Of a stretch of DNA of 64,000 bases, positions 12,001 to 25,276 are shown in pieces (within the stretch, counting starts at the first letter, position 1; every line of letters begins with the position of its first letter). This DNA is from Paraspadella gotoi (taxonomy: Eukaryota > Animalia > Chaetognatha), in contig CM119268.1 of assembly GCA_051294375.1 (NCBI GenBank), forward strand, positions 15,563,103 through 15,627,102. The letters run 5' to 3'. Both the position numbers and the translations under genes were made by a program. Below the pieces are notes generated by a model, which saw only the letters and a list, made by a program, of their open reading frames with translations, did not search any database and had not been told where the DNA came from.

Positions 12001-14375
12001 TTTTGGTATGTGATGAGATCTTTCAAGATATAAGTCTTAAGCACAAATATGTTTATTAGTAATACTGCTTTTAAATATGAAACTACGAGTGAGACGCATG
12101 TAAATAGTAGTTGTACTAGCTGTAGTAAAATGTTTAAATCATCGTTTGTGAATGTTTTTATTTTGCCACATAAACGTCATCGAATATCCGCCTGATTATG
12201 CTGCTTTAAAGTGCTCTTGGAATATAATTTTTGCAACGTGTCAAGTATAGTTTGCTTCAGTTTGAAATTTAGTTGTGTTCAGCTTTAAGAGCTCGTCCTA
12301 TACTGTGGACCCTTGAGGGAACCCCCTCGTTCCATAAAACAGACTTGGAGGGAAATGAAAATCGCCTCTTACCTTACATCAATTCAGGATCCAAGTTTGA
12401 CTGACGGTGACCCGGATTACACATTTTGCGGACCCCGTAAACCAGCCGACGTTATTTTTGGCGCGGCGCCCAGGACCCTGCTGGTGTTTGACTCTCATGG
12501 CGCCAAAAAGGCCAAAGGATTTAAAGTAAGTTTGAATTTGATGACTTGTCTCTCATAGTATTCCAATAGATCAGAAACAGCGAAAAGCTTGTCAAGAATG
12601 GGAAAATGTTCTTTTTTTGTCCAGGCAAAATACGAGTTCATTAAACGGTACGGAGTCTCTGGTACAGCAACCCCCGATTCTTCTTGCGTCTTTCGCTACA
12701 ATAGCGGACCATCCGGTCAACAGGCGAATGGAACTTTTAACTCTCCTCGAAATCCCGGCCTTTATCCTGACAACCTGGAGTGCGTCTATCACTTCCTCAA
12801 AACGCCCGGGGAGCGAATTTTTCTTGCGTTCACATCTTTTCAGAGTGAGTCTTATTTTTAATTGATCCACGTATCCAGAATGAACAACGAGACAAGTAAA
12901 ACGTTCGGAGAAACTGTCTTGATAAACTCATGGGCTTTACTTATTTATTTAGTTCCATTATGGAATTTTTGATGTAATTTAAAATATTAGTCGAGACGAA
13001 CGAAGAGAAACGGAAAAAAGCCGGGCGTTGTATCGACGACACGCTCGAAGTCCGCAATGTCTACCAGGGAGGCGCCGAATCAGTGGTCGGACTATTTTGC
13101 GCCGGGATGACGCCCGGACCCGCGGCGTCCGACGCAAGAGCAACACAGCTCAAACGTAAAAAAGCTAAATATTGGTTTTTAACAACAGCCAACAATAGAC
13201 TCAATTGCCCCTACAGTTATTTTTCGTTCGAATGACGTCAAGGACGACGACGGCGATGGCAGCTCAACTGGCACGGGGTTCACTGGAAGCTACTCCTTCA
13301 TCCCCTCACAACAGCCATCACAAGAATGCGGTGCCGAACATTACAACCAATACGGAGGCGCTTTGATAATGAGAGCTTATAAGCCAGGAGCTTATTGTAA
13401 GTTGCACAAATCTAGGATAACATTTATATATTTACATTTACAGATATATTTCGACCATACTGAGTGTAACAAATTGTTTCAAAAAGATACAAATACACAT
13501 ACAAATCAATCCAAACCACTTATTCCTCATCTGGCTACCGGTTGACAGGCTTATGGCGTCTAAAAACGTCTCGCGGCCGAATACTTTTGACCTTCAATTC
13601 GTATGCCATCGAGGGAGGTGGGGCTTCAGGGTGCCAGAAAGCCGTTCTTCGCGTTTACAAAGATGCATCGCCTTCTCCAAACTCGTTTCCGGAACAAATC
13701 TGCGGCGCCGACGGAAAGGGTAAATTTCGAGAGCCAACGCATTTGAACCAAAATCCTTAAATACTCTCATCTTATCCTTTTGAAACGAACGCAACCTCTT
13801 CAGTGCAAGAATTAATATCGGATGGTTCTACAATGAACGTAGAGTTCGTGTCTTTTCTCGACGCCGAGGGAAAGAAAGGATTCGTGATCGGTTGGGCCGA
13901 ATCTTACGTCGGAGGAGGGTGTCCTCGTAACACCCATTACGAGTGTAGAATTTCTGGTCGCTGTATTCCGCGCCGTTTAGGTGAGTTGCAAATCAATGCT
14001 CGGTGGAAAGAGTTTACAATTAGTAAATAATCTTCCAAGTTTATACTATACAGATGAATCGTTCAAGTCTAGAGGAGTTTTCGGCTAAAAATAAAAATAT
14101 TTTGATTGAAAATACAACAAAAAGGTCCAAAACTGACGACTAATCGATAATTCGTAACAAATTCAGTGTGTGACAAGGTCGCCCATTGCGGAGCCAGTGA
14201 TCTTGGTGTCGACGTCTCGGACGAAACGGAGAATTGTCCACACGAATGGCCGCTGGTAGAACCCGTAGGCTCTGTCAGCCTTTCAGCCACCGAGGGAAAT
14301 GCTGCCCCTGGAAACAGAGCATCCAGAAATCTTTTCATTTTACTTTCAGTGATAGTTACTATCAAATTCTTATAA
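9089..14375 (+). CDS. Cell-surface protein: signal peptide + 5 CUB + LDLa + hydrophobic C-terminus (LEV-10/SOL-1-like architecture), 15 exons
   Basis: Exon 1 (9089-9154) reads MCQRTWITIIHLYFCFLICDGN and joins in phase 0 to LFSGCEII. There are five CUB repeats (GTVTTPGF..C, GTILTPSYPGLYPSNLFC, GMIVSPNYPSNYPLELTC, GTFNSPRNPGLYPDNLEC, GGALIM..YCLWRL). The LDLa reads CPRNTHYECRISGRCIPRRLVCDKVAHCG..DVSDETENC, and the protein ends LFILLSVIVTIKFL*. Confidence 0.88.
9771..10155 (+). repeat. Interspersed intronic repeat family B, copy 1
   Basis: Clearly similar to 45623-46000 (ccagtatgtatccct.tcagaacatac, taactttggtcccc, tatttccagaagacaacactgac). Confidence 0.85.
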
Positions 14376-15480
14376 ATTGACATTCAATGAAATGATTTGT
14401 TACTTTTTAATTATGTCTATAACTGTCCACACTGGATCTCACATTAATACTCATCATATGATAAACTCACGTTTCAATTTGGTAGAAAACAAAAATTTTT
14501 ATTAAATATTACTATAAAGTTTTAACTAGTGAAACTTTACAGTATTAGAAACCGTTATTTTAGAAAGGCCAGGAATGAATAATTTCATAGTCTTTGCCGT
14601 TATTTAATCATTAATTTTCATCATAGTTTGGTTTATGGGACTTGAGAATAATCAATTCCGAAAAATAGAATATCAATATGCTGCATAAGCTTCATATATG
14701 TTAATAATAGAGACGATTCCCTCATTCTATAAATGTTCACTTTATTCTGTGGTTGTTCATTATATAACTGTTTTCAGTTAAATTTATAATTCTATTTTGG
14801 TTTTAGCTATTTTGTTATTGGTTTATTCCAGTCTTTAGCTTCGTACTTTGGTAGGAGCTTAACGGTATGTATGACTATCAATAATTTCTAATAAATACAA
14901 ATTAAAAGGTGATACGTTAAAAAAAATACTAAATAAATAGCTACTTTTTTTCTACGATCTGATAAGTATAATGATAATTGAAATTGAAATGCAAAAAGAA
15001 AAGTAGAAATTCTCAATTTTAATAGTCCGTTTTCAAAACAGAGATCTTTAAAATTGCATGAACGAAGTTAATCTTAAGACTAGAAAACTATAAATACACG
15101 ACCCATCATGATCATCTTATTTTCAAAATTCAGCTTTCTCGTATTGAAGGATGAGTTAGGCAAGCGGTCCAGTTAGGACTGCCTAAAACTTCAAACACTA
15201 CAAATCATTTACAATTCTGTAATGGCAATGGTTGTTTTGAAATTGTAACGGCTATTATGCTGAACTAATCAATTGAGGTGGGGGGTAGTCTGCGCTGTGA
15301 TCGTATCGTGATCGGGAATGATTCTGCACTCGAAATATTTTAAGCAAATGGTAACGACATAAGAAAAATTGGATGAAGGATGAGATGAACGCGAAAATGG
15401 GAAAGTGAAGAATGCTAATGAAAATCTTGTATGAAGAGTGTTCCGCATTTTTATAAAGTTTGTACTTTGATATTGCACGC

Positions 15481-18018
<2,538 letters not shown>

Positions 18019-18784
18019 ATTGTTATACCAGTGAAGGGACTTGGTAAAAAATTTATCTGAAATAATAACAAAAATAACGTAGCGCATTTGGAAACCGTTA
18101 ATTTGAGAGAAGTAATCGTCTGTGACGAGAATATATACTAAATGGATCGACGATTGCCAGGCAAATCACGACGCCGTCGTAACTCGAACAAAATATCTTG
18201 CCACTGGAGGATGTCGAAGCTTCCAATCGTCGACCGCGTGGAGGACGTCGCAGTTCTGTAAAATGGGCGTCGACGTCGTGGAGGTGTGTTGGCAAAAGCC
18301 GCATGGAGTTTATTAGCAGAGATGTTAGATGGCGGGACGACGGACCAGATCAAGAGGACTACATCTAAAAAAAAAAGAACAGTCGACTTTTGGGAGAATT
18401 TCTGTTTAACCATAATTTGGTCTGATGAAATATTAATAACTTTTAACATATTTAAGCTTTAAAACGATGACATTTTCGAATAAAATTTTGACAATAGCAA
18501 CAAATTTTTACATATTTTTTATTTGTGAATATTATTTAAGCATTATTTTACAATAATTGTATTGAAAAAACGAGTTTTGAATTGTTTCGGCAACGGTAAA
18601 ATGATTTGTAATTTTTACAATAAAAACACGGACATATCTCTTTTTTTCAACTCTCAAAAAGTCACGAAACTGAAAGGATACTTGTATTTAGTATAGATAT
18701 ACGTAGACATTATATACGTAGTAATATGAGTATTTTCATTTTTATTTTATTCATTAATCTCTCGGAGTGACAGCATTACCTGCC

Positions 18785-20356
18785 AAACAAGTTTGAGCGA
18801 AACAATGCCGGATCAGCCTACGGATCATTGTCAGGTAGAACGACTAGAATCAGATAATTAATTAATTAAAAAATTAATTATTTAATTAATTAATTAATTA
18901 AATAATTATTAATTAAGCAATTAATTAATCAATATTAATTTTTTTATTCGCGTAGAAAAATAAATTCCGTTTTTTACACTTTGTCTCGTTCCTCACACAA
19001 AATAATCTCGATCGAAAATAATTAATAATGTAATGCAGCTTGAATTTATATTTTAATATAAAAAGAAAAAAACACAATCAAGATATAAATATTTGTTTTT
19101 TTTCCAATTAACCTCAAAAGTCCGACTGAATAGGATCTGTATTCCCACTAGAAATCAGATAACGTAGACATTATATACGTAGTAATATTAGTTATTTTCA
19201 TTTTAATTTTTATTCATTTAATCTCTCGGAGTGAGTCAGCATTACCTGCCAAACAAGTTTGAGCAAATCAATGCCGGATCAGCCTACGATCATTGGCGAT
19301 AAGCAGCTGATCAGATAATAATTGTATAAAAAATTTAATGTATTTAATATTAATTAATTAATAATTAAGTGCAATTAATTAATTCATATTAATTTATTTT
19401 ATTCGCGGTAAAAATCGTTTTACACTTTGGTCTCGTCCCTCAAATCACACAATAGATCTCCGATCAAAATAATTAATAATTATATCAGCTGTAATTTATA
19501 TTAATATAAAGAGAAAAAAAACACAATCAAATAGTAAAATATACTTTTTGTTTTTTTTCCATTTTAACTCATTTCCGCTGGACGTTGTCCACCCGAAACT
19601 GATTCCGGCTCAATCACAACACTTTTCCTATCCACAAACTCATTCTCAATCCTTCCATCTAATATAAATCAAATAAGAAAAAAAATTCAAGTAAATGTAA
19701 CTTGTTTTTAACATTTTAACTCATTCCACTAGGACGATACCATGCGAAACTTGATTTGCTCATCACTGCTATGCAGTACGTTCTCTATCTCCACGCGGTG
19801 CTAGCGGGATATCCATCCTTTCGGATGGCAAAAGAGACGGGAGGCTCAAGCGATCAAGGAGAAGGAAAAGCCGAAAGGCGAATCCGATCTGTTTTCTGTG
19901 AGTACGAGTGGGTCAGGAACAGCCGACCTGGTCACTCTCCCCCCTCTTCCTCACCTTCCCAATCCCCTCCCTCCCCTCTCCTCTCTCCTCTCTGTCCCCA
20001 GAATTATGATAGTTCTTTCGCCCACGCCTAATTAACAATATTTGGCTGCAGCCTCTCAAGGCAAGTCTCTAAGTCTAGCCATCTTAGACAGCTTTGAGAG
20101 TGAGGTATCCCTCGTTGGACGAAGCCTTTCAAGCTCAAGTCAACTCAGTCACATTTTCCTACCGCACATACAAAATTTCAAGTTAACTTCCCATACACTC
20201 AGTGGAGTAATTGGCTTCAAAGCTAACGGGGGACGGACGGAGCGGACATTTTTTTTTTGTTTTTATCCGATATTCTGAGAGATGTAGGTGACTTTACCGA
20301 CAAGATTTTGGGATGGGACCGACGGACCGACAAAGTGCAGCAGATCCGGCTAAAAA
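18785..20356 (-). mobile_element. Helentron-associated (DINE-1/HINE-like) non-autonomous element, with duplicated 3' end
   Basis: Subterminal inverted repeat gccggatc/gatccggc, GTCC/GGAC microsatellite near one end, and a terminus ...ctcaaacttgttt on the minus strand (19251 and 18785). It is homologous to 49861-50577 in opposite orientation. Confidence 0.7.
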
Positions 20357-20403
20357 CCAAAGGATAAATTTCAGGAAAAAATATATTATGAATACATAGC
20401 CAT

Positions 20404-21781
20404 TAAGGCGATTAAAATTTCTAAATTTAACTTTAATTAAAATTCTAAAAGTGAAGAACGAACAACATTAATACTAATGAACATATATATATAAAAAAAA
20501 TTATAATAAATTTTACAATTTACGCAGTAGGGCCATATTTATACTAATACTAATCCAATAAATGTTAAAATTTCAAAACAGTTTTTTTTTAATTTTTTTT
20601 TGCAGATTTGGATTCGTCATAAAAAGTTGATAAAAAGAATATAACCCTTTTGAAAAATCCCTTCATTAAGTGGGTCAAAAATTAGAAAAACTATATTTTA
20701 AGCTGAAAATTTACTTTTTATATATTAAATATAGTTTTTTTAATTTTCTTTAAACCACTTAATTAGGGACCAACCCAAGAGATAATAATAAAATTTCGAC
20801 TAATTAGCAAAGTATTTTTAGTTGTTCTTGACTAAATAATTTAAGCAATCATTTCTATAAAAAAATTTACATTTATACGTCTTTGATCTATTACATTAAA
20901 TATTACTGTCCTTTTTTTACCATTATATAAATTTGTTTTTGGAAATCTAATAAATTTTTTTGTGGATTCTGAATATGAGCATAAAAAGTTAAACAAGAAA
21001 ATATAATTACAGCTTTTAAAAATTTTTATTTTGCTATGTGCAAATAGTAAAAACAACTGATAAAATTATCGAAAGATGATGCATCATCTTTCGATTTTAC
21101 GGTTTTTCTTATTTTTGACTCACTTATCATGAAAATATTTAAAAAAGAAGTATACTTTGTGTAGACAACTTTTTATGAGCTATCTGAATCTGGTCTTAAA
21201 ATTTAAAAATTCTGAAAAAAATTTTTGGCCTATCCTATTTATAAATAAATATTAAAAGATTAATTATTTGGGTATAGAGCCACATAAGAAATGTTTTGTC
21301 CATTGGAAGTATACTTCAAAATGTATAAATTTTCGTTTGAGCATGTAATCATTCTAAATTTTTGAGTCACCCCATTGAGTGGGGCTTAGCTGGTAGCGCT
21401 AAGGGTGTTCAATCAATTTGAGTAGTGATTGGTGGAAACCTATTTTTTTAGGCCCACCCGTTTTGTGTTAGATGTTCTTTGCGATCCAAAAAACTTTTGG
21501 CATATGACTCACCCTAGTGGGGCTACCCCAAACTTAATGAAAGAATTTTTAAAAATAATTAATATCAACTTTTGACGAGGAATTCAAATCTGCAATCAAA
21601 ATTAAAAAAAGCCTATTTTGAAATTTTTCGATTTTATAAGGATAGTACTATATATAAATATAGCCTACTGCGAAAATTAAAAAACATAAAATGATTTTTT
21701 TTTACAAATTAATGTTTACTGATGGTATGTTGTTCATAATTTACTTTTAGAATTTCCATACATAACTTTCACCATGCCTTA
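20404..21781. mobile_element. hAT-type MITE family A, copy 2, interrupted by a nested insertion
   Basis: Starts taaggcg and ends gcctta; collinear with 31007-31609 apart from 20764-21530. TSD atagccat at 20396-20403; the right copy is displaced to about 25123-25130 by a later insertion. Confidence 0.85.
20764..21530. mobile_element. hAT-like non-autonomous element nested in MITE A copy 2
   Basis: Begins taggg and ends cccca; flanked by cacttaat/aacttaat (8 bp, one mismatch). An internal segment recurs near 36070-36175. Confidence 0.65.
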
Positions 21782-22964
21782 ATAGTAGAGTTACCCAAAT
21801 TTTCAATTACACCAGATGAAGGGTCACGACTCATTTTATTAGGTTCTTTTTTGTCTGTAGAAGACATTGGGACTGATAAACCTGAAAAAACTTGACTGGA
21901 AAGGAACTCTCCAGAGTTTCCAAGTGATCGAGTACTTTTGCGGTTTTTCTTTGATCGTAATCTTATATGTGAAATTAATTTAAAGGATTTTGTTAATAAA
22001 ATAATGATTAAATCAATATTTGATTTGATTTTGAAATATATTTTTGATGTAGACTTTATATTTTTTATTAAACCTTTTATTTTTAATAAATTTTATTAAT
22101 AATATAATATTATATAATATAAAAATATAAAGATGATCATTAGTTTTTTGATAAAATACTTACTAAAAGTTATTCCTAAATTTTGTGAAGAATAAATATT
22201 AAAAAAATAATATTTAGCAGTAATTACTGAAAATAAAATCAAAATACACAATATTAAATTTTAAAAACTAAAAAAAAAATGATTAAAATTTATAATTATA
22301 TTCTTCATAACTTTTTAGAATTTTTGAGCTCTTTATGGCTTAAATATGAAATTTCACGACTCATTTTAATAGGTTCTTTTTTTGTCTTTAAAAGACATTA
22401 AAACTGTCTAAACCCTAAAAACTTGATCGGAAAGGAACTCTCCAAAGCTTCCAAGTAATAGTCAATCCTTATTTTTGCCAAAAATTGAAGCTTGAGAAAT
22501 GGAATTTAAAATATTTATTTTAAAGTTATTAGATGTTAGTTATTAGATAAAGTTATCAGTAACTTTTTAGCTGGGTGCGAGTATTTGGGGAGCAATTTCA
22601 AATCATTATTCTCTAAGTTGGTGGGTAGGTTTGTCGTTCTGTCAGTCTATCTGACTTAAATTTTAAATGTTCATAACTCGTTTTATGCTACATAATTTTA
22701 AATAATATTTGGTAGGAATTTTGGATAATATGTATTATGAAATGTTATAGGTGTGCTGGCAGGTGATTATATAAAAATTCAATCATATGACTAACTTTTA
22801 ACTATAAAATATAAAATAGTCAATATTTTGAAAAGTGGTGATGTACTATTAAATGCATACAAGGTTAATATAGTCAAAACTTTGTGTTAAATCTTTTTTT
22901 CATTATATTTTTTTTATTTAATGGAAAAATGAATAGCAATAACAACAATTTTATCAACAATAAA

Positions 22965-23012
22965 GGTCGGATATATTTTGACTCTTGCTTTTTCGAGTCT
23001 TCATCAGCGGTT
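22965..23012 (-). ncRNA. Degenerate minimal type I hammerhead ribozyme
   Basis: The minus strand reads aaccg CTGATGA a GACTC gaaaaagcaa GAGTC aAAA TATA TC cga. The core, stem II, palindromic stem III and UC site are present, but GAAA is mutated to AAAA. Confidence 0.6.
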
Positions 23013-23529
23013 TGACTCAACAGATTTTGGTTTCACAAACATTGAGTTGGTGAGAGAGAGAGAGAGAGAAAGAAAGTTTCCAACAAAGAATTAAGAAAAG
23101 GATAGATGGGAGGACAAGAGAAGGTGAGGATAGGGAAGGAGAGAGAGTGAATAAATTTGAAACTGGTAAGAGAGAGAGGAAAAAATCACTACATTTGGCA
23201 ATTTTGAGCTCTTTTCTTTACTTATTTTCCCTTACTCTTATCTTATCCATTCCTAACCACTTATTTTTCTATTTCATTTTTACTTACATCTCATTATCTA
23301 ACTTAGTTTAAAATTAAGTTTGCATAATTTAAATCTATCTTTGTTGTATATTGCTTAATATAATGATTTTTCCCTCTCACTTTCTCTCTATCTCTTTTAC
23401 TAGTTTCAAATTTATTCACTCTCTCTCCTTCCCTATTCTCACCTCAACCTATCCTCATTTCTGACCACTATCTTTTCTTCAATTCTTTGTTGGAAGGGAA
23501 TCTTTGTGAAACCGAAATATGTTGAGTCA

Positions 23530-23570
23530 AACCACTGAAGAAGACTCATAAAAGCTAGAGTCGAAACCTT
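23530..23570 (+). ncRNA. Degenerate minimal hammerhead ribozyme (stem III/cleavage site deleted)
   Basis: CTGAAGA (23535-41) a GACTC ataaaagcta GAGTC GAAA (23563-66); the tatatccga segment of the sister copy is missing. Confidence 0.55.
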
Positions 23571-25276
23571 TATTTATTAATAAAATCGTTGTTAATGCTG
23601 AATAAAACTTGTTTTCTTTTATATCAAACCTTTATAAATAAGTGAACCACAAATTAAATGCTCATTGTACATAATTTGCTTCATATGTTTCTATTGTACT
23701 TTGGAAATTCTTATAAAATACGACATAAGACTAAACCTGCCAGTTTTTTTTTCATTTACTCATAATTATTACTTTTTTTATATTAAGATTCAATCAAACT
23801 AGTTCATACAGTTTTTTCCTCAATTTTTTCCCTTTTTTGTGTTTGACTTAAGAAAGAAGGTTTTGATTGATTTGTTCTGAACTAATCAATCATTCTGTTT
23901 AAACTATAGCATAATAAACTTAAACTGTAGTTAATAAGTTTTATTATAAGTTTAACACTAGTTTAGACTTGCAATAAATAAAAAATGACGCATCAGCTAG
24001 ACCATGCAGCAAGCCTTTTACCATATCCTAATTTACTTTCTTACAAACAACACCACTCTCATTCAGGGTCATCACTAAATTCTCCACCAAAGAGTCAAAA
24101 TATCTAAACAGAAGGAAGAAAAGTTTTTTACCTAACTATTTCCAGGATAAATTTTTACATATACTTCTTATTTATCTTGGCATTTATAAATCTATACTAA
24201 TGCCATACTAATTAAATATAATATTTTCCCTTAGTTTATTATGTTTGATACATATTCACAAAAAATTACTTGATCAATAATATATGCAATCTAGCTATCT
24301 AATAAAAGGCAGACCAAGTAGATTCAAAATTTTTACTTTAATTTTTATGAAATACTGTTTTAGATTTGAATCTGTTTTAAAAACAATAAAAGTTTACAAT
24401 TTCTTGGAGAAAACAATTTACTCATGGCACAAAAGTAGTAATTGGCCATTTTCCAAACACTTTTGATATTTACTAAAAGCAAAGACTCAGCAGATTCTGA
24501 AAATATTGATAATTTTAATCTAAATTTGACAGTTCTCTTGTAATAAAGGCGAAAATTTAAGCCATAAAGAGCTCAAAAATTCTAAAAAGTTATGAAGAAT
24601 ATAATTATAAATTTTAATCATTTTTTTTTTTTTTTTTTAGTTTTTAAAGTTTAATATTGTGTATTTTGATTTTATTTTTAGTAAGTACTGCTAAATATTA
24701 TTTTTTTAATATTTATTCTTCACAAAATTTAGGAATAACTTTAGTAAGTATTTTATCAAAAAACTAATGATCATCTTTATATTTTTATATTATTTAATAT
24801 TATATTATTAATAAAATTTATTAAAAATAAAAGGTTTAATAAAAATATAAAGTCTACATCAAAAATATATTTCAAAATCAAATCAAGTATTGATTTAATC
24901 ATTATTTATTTAAAAAATCCTTTAAATTAATTTCACATATAAGATTACGATCAAAGAAAAACCGCAAAAGTACTCGATCACTTGGAAACTCTGGAGAGTT
25001 CCTTTCCGGTCAAGTTTTTTCAGGTTTATCAGTCCCAATGTCTCTCTACAGACAAAAAAGAACCTAATAAAATGAGTCGTGACCCTTCATCTGGTGTAAT
25101 TAAAAATTTGGGTACTTACTTAATAGCCATACATAGCCATATGAATACATACATAGTCTTAGGACATCAAACGTGATGAGTGGGATATCAAACAGGTTAT
25201 GAGTTATGACGCGAGATTCCTCTCAGAGTTATTGGTATGAAGCTTTTTTGGGTCAATTACGGCGGAATGAGGCGAT

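Larger units (their letters stand above)
22935..23599. mobile_element. Foldback with inverted arms each carrying a hammerhead ribozyme core (Penelope-like element/retrozyme remnant)
   Basis: Arms 22935-~23185 and ~23370-23599 are inverted copies; see the two ribozyme motifs. Confidence 0.65.
21786..25118. mobile_element. 3.3-kb long-TIR (about 560 bp) non-autonomous DNA transposon, hAT-like
   Basis: 21786-~22346 is the near-perfect reverse complement of ~24556-25118. TAG terminus; 8-bp TSD cttaatag at 21778-21785 and 25119-25126. No transposase ORF seen. Confidence 0.85.
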
